Positions 1-13,301 of a stretch of DNA of 64,000 bases are shown in pieces. Source of the stretch: Azolla caroliniana (lineage: Eukaryota; Plantae; Polypodiophyta); the NCBI GenBank assembly GCA_043228905.1, contig JBHGNT010000013.1, positions 13,206,001 through 13,270,000 of the forward strand, in the 5' to 3' direction. Both the position numbers and the translations under genes were made by a program. The first letter of the stretch is position 1. Every line of letters starts with the position of its first letter. Below the pieces are notes generated by a model. It saw only the letters and a program-made list of their open reading frames with translations. It made no database searches and was not told where the DNA came from.

Positions 1-2348
1 TGATGGACTCCTACAACCCAACTAACATTCGAGACACTAAAGAAAGCTTTTACCTCGGCTCCAGTACTTCTACACCCAGACCTGACCAAACCATTTACGA
101 TCGAAACTAATGCCTCTAACTTCGCCATCGGTGCCATTCTCTCTGAATCAGATAACAATGGGATTCTTCATCTTGTTGCCTTTTCTCAGAAGTTCACACC
201 CCCCGAGATCAACTACCTAGTTTATGACAAAGAACTCTCTGCCATTATTGCTGCCTTTGAAGAATGGAGTCCTTATTGGCGAGCCCCCAACACCGTGTCC
301 AGGTGGTGACTGATCACAAGAACCTCATCTACTTCACCACTACACGCATTTTGAACCGGAGGCAAGTGCGATGGTCGACCTTCCTAGCTGATTATGACTT
401 TGAAATTGTTTTTTGTTCTTGTGCCCAACATGGTAAAGTCGATGCCCTATCTCGACGTTCGGAATTCGAAATCTGACCAGGAGATGCGACCTACAATCAA
501 CAATCACGTTGTCTCCTACATCCACATCAGATTCAACTCTTTGCAGCTTATATGGGCGCAGATGAATCATTACTCAATGCAATAGCCATAGATACTACGA
601 CCGACAAATTTGCAAAAGAGATTAAGGAGAATCGAGTCAACAACTCAACCATGAAGGAAATACAGAATATTCATGAACAATTTATGTTTCGGGATGGTTT
701 TCTTTTCCGGAACAACGTAATGTATGTCCCAGATGGTCCTTGTCGTATCCGTATCGTGAAGGAATGCCATGATGATGCCCTAGATGGACATTTTGGCGTT
801 GCAAAAATGTTGGAGTTAATCTCTAGAAGTTATTGGTGGCCGCAACCTTGGAAACTTGTTAAAGAATTCGTGAAAACATGTGCCTGCGCCAAAGCAGTAC
901 ATCATCGTCCCTTTTGTCTACTTCAACCTCTACCAATTCCAAGTAGGCCATGGGCCTCCATCTCGACGGATTTTATTAGCGACCTTCCCGACATTGAGGG
1001 ATTCAGTTTAGTATTGGTGGTGGTTGACATATTCACAAAGATGGCGCATTTTATTCCATGTTCTAAAGCAATTTCAAGGATGGAAACAACATATCTATTG
1101 TTAACAAATATTGTGGACCTTCACGATTTACCGGATGACATTATCTCTGATCGCGGTCCCCAATTTATGTCTCATTTCTGGAAATGCCTCTTCTAGACTC
1201 TTAGAATTTCCACAAAATTTCTGACAACCTTTCATCCTGAGACAGACGACCAAACAGAACGAGTAAATCAGATCCTAGAGCAATATCTCCGATGTATGAT
1301 AAGTTATCACCAAGATGATTGGATCAAATTTCTTCCAATGGCCGAGTTCGCCTACAATGTTAGTCTCCACACATCAACTAGCGTAACACCATTTCTCGCA
1401 AATTATGGGTTCCACCCACGCTTTAGCATAGCTATCACTACTGGTTCTATGAATCCATCTGCTGAAGAACGAGCTCGTCTGATGAAAGAAGTGCATCATG
1501 AACTATCCCTAGAACGAGCTCTTCTAGACTCTTGGAACTTCCACAAAATTTCTGACAACCTTTCATCCTGAGACAGACGGCCAAACAGAACGAGTAAATC
1601 AGATCCTAGAGCAATATCTCCGATGTATGATAAGTTATCACCAAGATGACTGGATCAAATTTCTTCCAATGGCCGAGTTCGCCTACAACAATACTCTCCA
1701 CACATCAACTAGCGTAACACCATTTCTCGCAAATTATGGGTTCCACCCACGCTTTAGCATAGCTATCACTACTGGTTCTATGAATCCAGCTGCTGAAGAA
1801 CGAGCTCGTCTGATGAAAGAAGTGCATCATGAACTATCCCTAGAACTCTCCATTGTCCAGGAACGACACAAAGAGAAGGTTGATCGACATTGGCAGGCTG
1901 CACCTGGTTTTAAAGTTGGAGACATGGTCTTGCTATTATGTCAGCATATTCCGACAACTCGCCCATGCAACAAACTTGATTACAAAAAGTTGGGTTCATT
2001 CCCCATCATTGACAAAGTCAACCCTGTGGCTTTCTGTCTTGCTCTTCCATCACACTACCGAATTCACAATGTCTTCCATGCATCACTTCTTGAACTCTAT
2101 CATCCATCCTCAATTCCAGGAAGAAGCATCGAGCCACCCCCCCTGTGGCTTTGTCGACTACGGATGAGTATGAAGTCGAGACCATTCTAGACTCGTGCAA
2201 GAGCCGATGGAAGCTCCACTATCTAGTCTTGAGGAAAGGATATCCCATCTCCGAGGCCACTTGGGAGCTCGCTAGAAATTTACTCAATGCCCCAGAAGTG
2301 GTTCATGATTTTCATCTTTGATATCCTCACAAACCCGCACCTTCTTGA
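1..2348 (+). pseudogene. Ty3/gypsy chromovirus pol 3' part (RNase H, integrase, chromodomain), decayed
   Basis: ORF fragments read VTDHKNL (RNase H), CHDD..GHFG and ISDRGPQF (integrase). Chromodomain YEVETILDS..YLVLRKGYPISEATWE at ~2169-2270. Multiple stops and frameshifts. Confidence 0.92.
1188..1846 (+). repeat. 331-bp tandem duplication inside integrase
   Basis: ORFs 1296 and 1627 begin with the same MISYHQDDWIKFLPMAEFAYN; offset 331 bp. Confidence 0.92.
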
Positions 2349-2372
2349 AGTTCGCGCTTAAGGGGAGGATAA

Positions 2373-2726
2373 AGTCATGAACATCAACTCGAATTTGAGC
2401 CTTAGGTCCTTGTATATATATATATATATTTCTCAAGACAAACTTTAGACTTTAAACCTTTGTATAAAGAGTGGTATGTAAGACTAAGTATGTAAGACTT
2501 GGCATGCAAGAATTAGTATGCTTGATATTATAGTATGTAAGACTTGGCATGCATATGCTTATCATGCATCACTACATGTATAAAAAGGGTTGATCTCCCT
2601 TGTTAACATCAAGGAGATCAACACCAGTCATGGAATAGATATTCTTACTCATTGTTATCAATTTCTCCATCTCTCCATCTCATCAACTTCCCCATCTCTT
2701 TATCTTCCAATTGTTCATCTGTGACA
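2373..2726 (+). repeat. 3' LTR of the first chromovirus
   Basis: Follows polypurine tract AAGGGGAGGATA (~2360-2371). Starts (a)GTCATGA, has TATAAAA at ~2579 and ends TGTGACA. Confidence 0.75.
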
Positions 2727-4057
2727 CTTGGCCCTTATGGGTTGTCTCAATTCCTAGGATTAAAAGTAATCTTCCCTTCTTTACACTCTTGATTAACCCT
2801 CACACATTATCCTCATGTGTAGAATACGATGGTACAACTTACCACAAGCTAAATTATGATCATGCCTGTGACATACTCCCCCCCCTGTTTGAAACATTGC
2901 ACTCTTGCAATTAAAAGTTAGAAAAGCTCGTTTTAATGGCATTTTCTCGTTCCCATGTAACATCTTTTATAAACTTATCCATCCATTTAATTTTAAATTC
3001 TCGTATTGTTTTAGAACGCAAATTTTTTGCTTTAACATCGAGAATTTTCTCTAATACATGTGATTTAGAAGCTAAATCTTCAAAAATAACCAAAGTTTCA
3101 GTTTAAACTGTATTATCACCAGAACCAAGAAGTTCTTTTACATGACTTACATTAAAAAACTCGATGGATTTCAACACCATTAGGAAGAGCGAGACATTAT
3201 GTTGATGAACCAATGCGTTTGAGGACCGTGAAAGGTCCACAAAACCGCGGGGCTTACTTAACACACTTACTCGTAGACAATGTTTTTGAATTGTGAGGTA
3301 CACGTAGAAATGCCTTCTGTCCAAGGTTTAATACACGAGGTGTCTAAGGTTTAATACACAAGGTGCCTAAGGTTTAATACACTAGGTGCCTATTATGGTC
3401 GACATAAAAATGCGCTCTATCTTGAGCTATTTTTATATTATTCGTGCAATATGCAACATATATTGCATATCCCTTAGAAAGTTTTGTGTACTTCGCAACT
3501 CATCATGATGTATATTAACATCAAGGGCTCGTGGCTTAAAACCATACATCAACATAAAAAGCCTATATCCTGTCTATGTATGCTTGGAGTTGTTATAAGC
3601 AAACTCCAAATGTGGGAGATAACGTCCCATTTTGTTGGCTTCGCAGTAACGTATGCTCGAAGTATGTCATCAATGCAATTTACCCATTCTGTCTGTCCAT
3701 CGGATTGAGGATGATCCGTGGAGCTCATGCTCAATGCAATTTTTAACATCATAAAGACTTGTAACATCCAAAAGTTGTTAGAAAACTTTGGATCTTGATC
3801 ACTCACAATATCCATCGGTAACCCATAAAAACGGAATAACTCATCAACGAATTGGTAAGCCAATTTAGGAGTTGTTGCTGGCAATGGTTTTAGCAGCAAT
3901 AAATTTGGCCATTTTAGTTAGTCTATCAATGACAACCCAAATGGTATCGTTGCTTTTTTGGGTGCAAGGAAGGCAAACAATAAAATCCATGGATATACTT
4001 TCCTATTTATTGTTTGGAAAGTCCATGGGATGTAAAAGTCCAACGACTTTAAGTCGC
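2727..4057 (-). mobile_element. Truncated chromovirus: integrase, chromodomain, PPT and start of 3' LTR
   Basis: Minus strand reads ISMDFIV..IWVVIDRLTKMA, YGLPMDIVSDQDPKF, HPQSDGQTE and chromodomain-like EKILDVK..FKIKW..VTWE. PPT GGGGGGGGAGTA then TGTCACA at 2873. Confidence 0.82.
3323..3391 (+). repeat. 3 x 23-bp tandem repeat in a ~300-bp foreign insert
   Basis: AAGGTTTAATACAC(G/A/T)AGGTG(T/C)CT three times. Confidence 0.9.
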
Positions 4058-4158
4058 TGTTAGGGATAGTACTAGAGGCAAGGAGAATTAGTACTAAAGA
4101 TAGAGGAGAAGAATGAGGATTAGTATTAAGAAGGGAAAGAGTGTGTGAGAATCACGGG

Positions 4159-4205
<47 letters not shown>

Positions 4206-4520
4206 TGATGACAACAAGAAATATATTATATTATATGACGAAAGATACAAGAATAGTTGGGAGGCTTAAGACTGGCGTTGAACCGAATTGGTTCTCAATA
4301 ATGCCATGTGCCTCTTTTTATAGTGTGCTTAGGAGTACTCTTGACATTTCTAGAATGTTCCAGAGAAGTCTAGAATATACATGGATTTCCTAAGTGAAAT
4401 AATAAATGAAAACAATTTTCTTTATATTATAATGTATAGCTTAATGTTAGGGCTTCAACCCTTGTGATACAAGGTCATGGGTTCAAATCCTTTTGAAGCC
4501 ATACATGCTATATCATGACA
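4058..4520 (-). repeat. 3' LTR of a Tcn1-like chromovirus, with (GA)n and an antisense tRNA-like module
   Basis: Minus strand TGTCATGA...TAACA, preceded by PPT AGAGGGGTAT (4521-4530). Resembles the LTR at 8580 (TTCTAGAA repeats, same 5' module). (GA)n at ~4164-4202. Confidence 0.82.
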
Positions 4521-4530
4521 ATACCCCTCT

Positions 4531-5181
4531 CCGGAGGGGCCTGAGCCATCAGTGAGATACCACTTTAGAAGGGCTAGAATTCTAACCTTGCGTCGATAGT
4601 TACAGGCCAAGGAACAATCCCAGGTAGACAGTTTTTATGGGGCATAGGCCTCCTAAAGGGTAACTGAGGCATGCAAAGGTTTCCTCAGGCTGGACGGAAA
4701 TCAGCCTTCGAGTGCAAAGGCAGAAGGGAGCTTGACTGTAAGACTCACCAGTCGAGCAGGGACGAAAGTTGGCTTAGTGATCCAATAGTGCTGAGTGGAA
4801 GGGTCGTCGCTCAACGGATAAATGTTACTCTAGGGATAACAGGCTGATCTTCCCCAAGAGTTCACATCGGCGGGAAGGTTTGGCACCTCGATGTCGGCTC
4901 TTCACCACCTGGGGTGGTAGTACGCCCCAAGAGTTGGGTTGTTCGCCCATTAAAGCGGTACGTGAGTTGGGTTCAGAATGTCGTGAGACAGTTCGGTCCA
5001 TATCCGATGCAGTCGTTAGAGCATTGAGGGAACCTTTCCCTAGTACGAGAGGACCGGGAAGGACGCACCTCTGGTGTACCAGTTATTGTGCCCAGGGTAA
5101 ACGTTGGGTAGCCAAGTGCGGAGCGGATAATTGCTGAAAGCATCTAAGTAGGAAGCCCACCTCAGGATGAGTGCTCTCCTA
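4531..5181 (+). rRNA. rrn23: Plastid 23S rRNA 3' part (nuclear plastid insert, pseudogene)
   Basis: Conserved domain V sequences GGGATAACAGGCTGAT, TTTGGCACCTCGATGTCGGCTC, CTAGTACGAGAGGACCGG and GCTGAAAGCATCTAAG, with scattered C>T/G>A decay. Confidence 0.96.
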
Positions 5182-5218
5182 CTCGTACCTAGGAAGTCTC
5201 TAATTTGAGAACCCGAGA

Positions 5219-5321
5219 TAAGGTCACATACTGACTAGCCGTTTATAACCACAATAGGTGCCAGGTGGAGGTACAGTAATGTAAGCGACCAAGGCATCCT
5301 AATAGATCGAGAGGTTTGAAC
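5219..5321 (+). rRNA. rrn4.5: Plastid 4.5S rRNA (insert)
   Basis: AAGGTCAC...AGCCGTTTAT...ATAGGTG.CAGGTGGA..CAGTAATGTA..GGCATCCTAA..TTTGAAC just after 23S. Confidence 0.85.
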
Positions 5322-5616
5322 TTTGTTTCTACAGGATGCAAAACCTGATCGGTTTGATAAGGCAATGCAACCTATTGTTCGATTGTCTGACAACATCAGC
5401 CTCAAAATTGATCTAGAAATCTAAGAAAGAGTTCTATCCTGCTTCTCTGTCTGTCCAAGGGATGGATGGAGAAGCAAGTCACGGCCACGGGATTGTTTCT
5501 TACCTGGAAGGCGCACCCCTTTGGTGCGCTTTCCGGACTGGGCGAGGTCGTAGCCTCGTAACGTAAGAACCAATCAATCCTTACATGTTCCACGGTACTC
5601 CTTGTTCACAGGTTGA

Positions 5617-5679
5617 TATTTTGGTGTCTCAAGTGTGGAGGAACCGCACCGATCCATCTTGAACTTGGTGGTGAAACTC
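5617..5679 (+). rRNA. rrn5: Plastid 5S rRNA 5' half (insert, truncated)
   Basis: TATTTTGGTGTC..GAGGAACCGCACCGATCCATC..GAACTTGGTGGTGAAACTC, then an abrupt break. Confidence 0.85.
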
Positions 5680-5872
5680 GAGGGAGCAGATTCAGAATTC
5701 ATGAGTCAAATGATATGATAAAAGGTTCATGACTGGAGAGTGGACCCATCATAAATTTCTTGAGATGTTGGTCCTTCCATAATCTGAAGAAGTAGTCCAA
5801 TCCATCGATTTCTACTAACCTCGGAACTTTGGATGGAGAATATGGACTTCCTACCTTTTTTTCTTTTTTCAT
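5673..5872 (-). pseudogene. ycf2: Plastid ycf2 N-terminal fragment (insert)
   Basis: ATG at 5872 gives MKKEKK..RLVEIDGLDYFFRLWKDQHLKKF..SHEPFIISFDS*ILNLLPR, matching the Ycf2 N-terminal pattern EI..YF..W..E.F...FDPRI as recalled. Lies downstream of psbA-trnH. Confidence 0.65.
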
Positions 5873-6122
5873 TTTATTTCTATGCGATAGAGACTATCTA
5901 TTTATCACAATGATTATACAGGGAATCCTTAAAAGTTCAAGATGCAATAGAATAAGTACCTCAAGTATGCGGAGTAATTTCTATACAGATTTTTGTAGAA
6001 CCGGATCGGGAATTCCGAATGGTTATTACATTATTGGGGAGACCTGTGCGTACCCCACCCACCTTTTCTCATAACGTTTTATATTCCAAGCGATAAGAAC
6101 GAGTTCTCTAACTAATTGAATG

Positions 6123-6197
6123 GGTGAATGATGGGGATTGAACCCGCGCATGATGGATCCACAATCCATTGCCTTGATCCACTTGGCTACGTCCGCC
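6123..6197 (-). tRNA. trnH-GUG: Plastid tRNA-His(GUG) (insert, mutated)
   Basis: Reverse complement GGCGGACGTAGCCAAGTGGATCAAGGCAATGGATTGTGGATCCATCATGCGCGGGTTCAATCCCC... Confidence 0.92.
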
Positions 6198-6574
6198 CCC
6201 TTTGCTACTCACTCGGCCCTCCAAGCGGGGAAGGGAATCTACCCATCAAGCCATTAATAGCTATTAAGGTCCTTCGATTGATACACATACATATTTGTTG
6301 TGTATATAACGAGACAATGGGAAATCCGTGGAATGAGGGATATACCCCCAACCCAGTCTATTCAAACGATTGGTAGATTACAAGCATTCCGTGAATTTTC
6401 ATAATATTTTTTAATACCTATACACAGGAGTATTCTAAATATTCTTCAGAATCCAAGAGCCGACGATTGTAGGATCGTGACAAACCATTACCTTTCCTCC
6501 TATTTGTTCCATGGGACGAACCTTCGTTGGACACCAAACCTTTCGGAACGGAAAGGTTTGGACCTATCCAGTTA

Positions 6575-8203
<1,629 letters not shown>

Positions 8204-8214
8204 AGAACATAATC

Positions 8215-8420
8215 GAGGCCTATAGCCTCTACACACATGTAACATCCATAAATAAGGGTTAATTGTAACATGCAATTGAGGTATTGACCTCTTACACATA
8301 CGACACCAAACACATATCATTTACTTAGAAATCGAGGTATTAACCTTGTACACATACGACACGAATCAAATATCAAATATATGTCAAATGAGGTATTGAC
8401 CTCATACACATATGTAAACG
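8215..8420 (+). repeat. Degenerate ~56-bp tandem array (3-4 units)
   Basis: GAGGTATT(G/A)ACCT..TACACATA at 8278, 8334 and 8390; weaker copy at 8215. Confidence 0.75.
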
Positions 8421-9119
8421 TTTTATACTACCAATTAATTACCCGTAACAATATGCCTCCTTTACGAAGGCCTCTATGTCGAGTATCGTCAAACCTTCCC
8501 TCGTCAACCTCTCTTCTTTAGGTGGTAGTGTGTAGTCGCATCTAGTCCTCCTTTGACCATCCCTCGTGGGTTGTGTTGTTGTCATGAATCTGTGAACATT
8601 ATGTGGCTTCACTTGGGCTTGAACCCAATACCTTGTAATACATAATCAAGAACCTAACCATTAAGATAACATATGATTATATGAAATAATAAAAGCTACT
8701 TCTTGTAATAGACTGATATTGTAAATGTTCTAGAACATTCTAGAATATCCTAGAACATCTTAGAATATTCTAGGTCGAGAACATTCTAGAACATTATAGA
8801 AATCACTAGGTTATTCTATAGGAACCTATAAATATGGACATACAATTCTTCTCAAACCAATTTGAATCAACACAAGTCTTAAGCTCTCATCGCCTATCTT
8901 GTATCCATTCTTATTCTACTTTAATACATTCATTCTTCTCGTATCATTTCATTCCTCTTCTTGTGATCTCTTTATATCTTTCTTCTATCATTTTACCTTC
9001 TCTCTTGGTTCTGACAGTTTGATTCAAATTCCTTCTTCTCGTCTAGCCTCTTCCTCAAACACTAGTAAGTACCCACGGTTGTTGGCAACCCACAAGAATA
9101 CCTCGCCCTTGTTGTAGAA

Positions 9120-10247
9120 ATGGAAAATCTCAAAAGCAAGTTTGCATCACTAGAGTTGGAGAATCAACGATTGCTTGAAGACCTACAGAAGGTTTCAGTA
9201 GAGAAGCAACAAATACACGACGAGTTTACATGAAGGGTTCAACAACTAGAGTCGGCAATAATAGCTTTACAACAACTAAAAGTCGATGGTCAAGGAGTTC
9301 TTAAGGAGCCCAAAATCAGCCTCCTAGCTAAATTCGATGGGTCAAGAGCACATTTTCGGGGTTTTATAAATCAAGTGTGGTTGGTAATTCAGATGCATCC
9401 CACGCATTATCCAACAGATTCATCTCGAGTCAGGTTAGTAGGCACTTTATTGATTGGCATGACATTGTCAGGGTTTGCTCCATTGCTAGAAGCAAATTCG
9501 CCCCTACTCAACAACTTTGAAGAATTTATCAAAGAGTTTAAAGCTTGCTTCGGAGACACAAATAGTGTAAGAACGATAATCAATAGGATTCGCACACTGC
9601 GACAAGGGGATCAACTAGCATCAACGTATGCAACCAAATTTTGTCTCATTGCAAGTGATATTCCTTGGGACGAACAAGCTCTAATGGAGCAGTTTTGTTC
9701 GGGCCTCTGTGGAGATGTAAAGGATTTATACTTCTTACCTTCCCTGAGGATCCAAAATCCCTTACAGAAACTATTACCCAAGCAATATGGTGTGATAATC
9801 GGCTTTTTGAGTGTCGGTCCGAGCGACAACAACAACAAACAAGATCAAGATTTACGCCAACTTATGCATCAGTGATGACACAATCTCCAAGGCAACAATA
9901 TAGCCCCGTCCCAACTCCACAACAAGCACGTAGCCCAACACCAATGGATAGCCAGATTGATATGACCCGGCGACGAGGACCTTTATCAGATGAAGAGAAA
10001 CAATTTCATCGAGCAAATCGACTATGCTTATATTGTGGAGGTCCAGGACATATTGCCATTCATTGTCCACACAAACCGAGACGTCAGGTACATCACATTA
10101 ACTATGATAATAGAAATGAGTCTAGCATTATTGATAATAGAAATGAGTAGCATTGTTGAAACTGTGCCAACTAGTGTTTCTAGTAATCCAACTCTATCCA
10201 ATAAGTTTGAGGTCCTAAGCCAATTAGAAGAGGAGTCAAACGAATAA
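9120..10247 (+). pseudogene. Element A gag, decayed
   Basis: EPKISL.AKFDG, LRQG..A..YA..F and zinc knuckle CLYCGGPGHIAIHC; frameshifted. Confidence 0.9.
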
Positions 10248-10799
10248 GTCCGGACAAAATCAGAGCCGTTTGGTTGGACTGTCCTAGATCTGTACAACCT
10301 AGTGTGGGTTCCATCTCTTACAAGCATGTTAGTAGAGTTTCCTCAAGCCAAGTACAAATTAGGACACCAAGTTGTCAACTTCATGTCCCAGCTCTCTTAG
10401 ATACCGGAGCCAATTCTTGTTTCATGGATAGAGATTTTGCCCGAAAACATCAAATAGCCTTGCATAAACTTCCTTGCCCAGTTTCCGTAGTAGTGATTGA
10501 TGGACGTCCCATAGCTTATGGAAAGATATTCGAGGAGTCTGAGCCGATACACATACTCTTAGGTGATTTAGGATGTGTAGTCTCCTTTAACATAATCCGT
10601 AGCCCTGAGACACCAATAGTCCTTGGTTTGCCATGGTTCGAGCTACACAACCCAAGAATTGATTGGAGACGACGAGAAATTAGATGCCCTTCAAAAGGAA
10701 ACATAGTAGTCAAGGGTCGAACCCAGGATCCTCCCCTTGAAAAACATAGTGTTACCACTTCACCCTCTACCAAACATGATGTTCCACTTCATCAGATTT
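10236..10799 (+). pseudogene. Element A aspartic protease
   Basis: ALLDTGANSCFMD...IVLGLPWFELHNPRIDW. Confidence 0.92.
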
Positions 10800-11307
10800 T
10801 GTTGAGCGGCAAGCTCAACTGGAGCCGAAACGGCTGAATAAGCATGAGTTGACAAGCGAGATGGATCGGTAAGCTGTGAGCAACCGAGCCGGCAAGCAAC
10901 AAAGCCAGTGAGCTGGGGAGCCGGTTTGCCGGATCCAATCAGTAACCGGAAGCCTAGTACTAGTGTAGACTACTAGGCAATTATAGTCTCGTAGTAAAAG
11001 TCAGATGCTCATGCGAGCATTGAAGTACGCGGTACTTCTGTCAGTCCCACGAGGACTTGTATAAATAATGCTATTGAGCATAGTTGTAAGTACAGAGTGT
11101 TTTATATATTTTTGAATATAGCTTTGAGGTTCTGCTCTCTTTGTCTCTCCCAAGTACTTTATGTATTCCCTAATTTCTCTGTTTTTCTAACGCTTCCGCA
11201 AGTAATCGTTTACATGGTATCAGAGCACGAGGGTTGAGAACCTCTGGAACCGACAAACTCTTGAAAGCAAATCCTAATAGGTCGTAAGAACATCAGACAA
11301 AGAAGTG

Positions 11308-12562
11308 ATGGATAGAGGAATGGCTGGTTCGCTCCCTGTGGAGAAACTCGACAGATCCAACTATGCATCTTGGTCGTATAAGATGCACCAGTACCTGCTT
11401 GGGCATGGCTACTGGAGTTTCATCGAAGGAACCAATGAAACAGCACCTGATGCGGCACATAAGGACTTCCCAGTGTGGGAACAATCGGCAAGCAAAGTGA
11501 TGTATTGCTTCGCGTCCAGTGTCGGAGACCAGCTGCTGAGCCACATCCGAGATGCCAAGACGCTGAAGGAGGCTTGGGGGAACCTGAAGAAGGTTTTTGC
11601 CACGAGCACTACAACCCGAAAGCTGCAACTCCGACAGGAGTTGAGCAATGTCCGACAGAAGGACATGTTGGTGGCGGATTACACAGCCAAGATCAAAGAG
11701 ATCTGTGACTCGCTTGCCTCTATCAACGTTACCGTAGAGGAAGACGAGATGGTACATATCAGTCTTGGGGTCCTAGCGTCTAAGTTCAGAGCGTTCCGAA
11801 CGGCGGTATGTACAAGGGAGAATACACCGTCATTTTTCAACTTACAATCGATGCTCCTTGTAGAGGAGAACCACGCCGGTGCGTCAACTAGCGCACCCAT
11901 TGATAGCCGGATGCTGTACACAGGAGCGGATCAATCTCGTGCGCGTGGTGGATGAGGCAGGTTGGCACACAATGGAGGCGGCCGGCAAGAGCAAGAACGA
12001 AGGCACAGAGAACGTGCCGACAGCAGTTCCGGGACTTCCACAGGTAGGGGGAGTCAAGGCGGTGCCGGAGGCCGGCAAGACAAATCTGCAATGGAATGCT
12101 GGTACTGTGGCAAAAAGGGCCATAGAGAAAGCGAGTGTTGGAGAAAACGCGCCGATTCGGACAAATCCGGATTCGGCAAGGCCGACAAGGATGGCCAACA
12201 AAGCTCGCACTACACGAAGGGATCGGGAGGATCCAAGAACGGTAACAAGCCAGCCTTGGTGATGAAGCACGAGGCGAACTAGATGAAGAAGACCACTTCC
12301 AAATCGGAGGAAGTGTGGTATGTTGATTCCGGTGCGTCGAACCACAAAGAGTGGTTCAATTTTTTGGAGAAACCGGATCAACCAGGAGTAGTCGAAACCG
12401 GAGACGACACTCCTCACCCAATTGTGCACGTCGGAGAAGTCCCTTTGAGCCACGTCGGACAGAAGGGGAAGCTGATGAACATATTACACGTTCCGACAAT
12501 CACGAAGAACTTGGTGTCGGTCGGACATATCGTCGACCAAGGGATGCAGGTGCGGTTTACGC
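11308..12562 (+). pseudogene. Element B gag-protease
   Basis: KLDRSNYASWSYKM, CWYCGKKGHRESEC and WYVDSGASNH; in-frame stops. Confidence 0.92.
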
Positions 12563-13301
12563 TGTTGTAATGTATTCCACACACTACGTGAAAACCATAA
12601 AATAATATATCCAATTTAGATACATATAAATAAATAAATAATATATCAAAACATTTATCACATGCATAGGGCAGGATTCGAACCCTACACCTCCACGTAG
12701 ATAAACCCCAACTTTACCATTGTAATAACTTATCTTTAGCGTTACACATATAGATTTAATATGTATAAGACCTTTATTTACACATACCTTTATTAAAAGG
12801 TAAAAATCATGTATTCTTTAGGGTGTGAATATTTTATTTACACGTGACATTAAAAGTGACTCATGCACATCTAGCGTGCATGAGCCCTATACTTAGGAAA
12901 TGACAAAGCATCACATGCACATTTAGTGTGCATGGACACTTTTGGTGAAAAAGCATGAAGCCATGCTTAGCCTCTTCCATCTTTATATGAGGAGAGAAAT
13001 ATGTATAAGGTTGTTGATTAATATACAAGGATTGATCAATCTAATATATTCGTGGGATTCACGAATTTTGCCATCTAAATTACTCTTATAATCTAAATAT
13101 TGTTTAAAATACACTAAACTCGTGGGATTCACGAGATTGCTATCTTACTTCTCTTTCCACTATTCATAACTAGCCTTAATTTGTATTCCTCTTTCTCCTA
13201 GTCAAAAACCTCGGCGGTTCCCACCCGACTCACGTAATGATCCGGAGCCGAAAGGCACGACACAGTTGGTGAACCCGACGTGAAGACCGGGTGGCAAGGA
13301 G

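Noticed and set aside
4433-4501. Genuine tRNA genes at the LTR modules
   Set aside because: Acceptor, D and anticodon arms are not canonical; treated as tRNA-derived modules instead.
8215-8420. Repeat/variable-spacer pattern resembling a CRISPR array
   Set aside because: Only 3-4 degenerate units, spacers resemble each other, no cas genes, and the context is eukaryotic.
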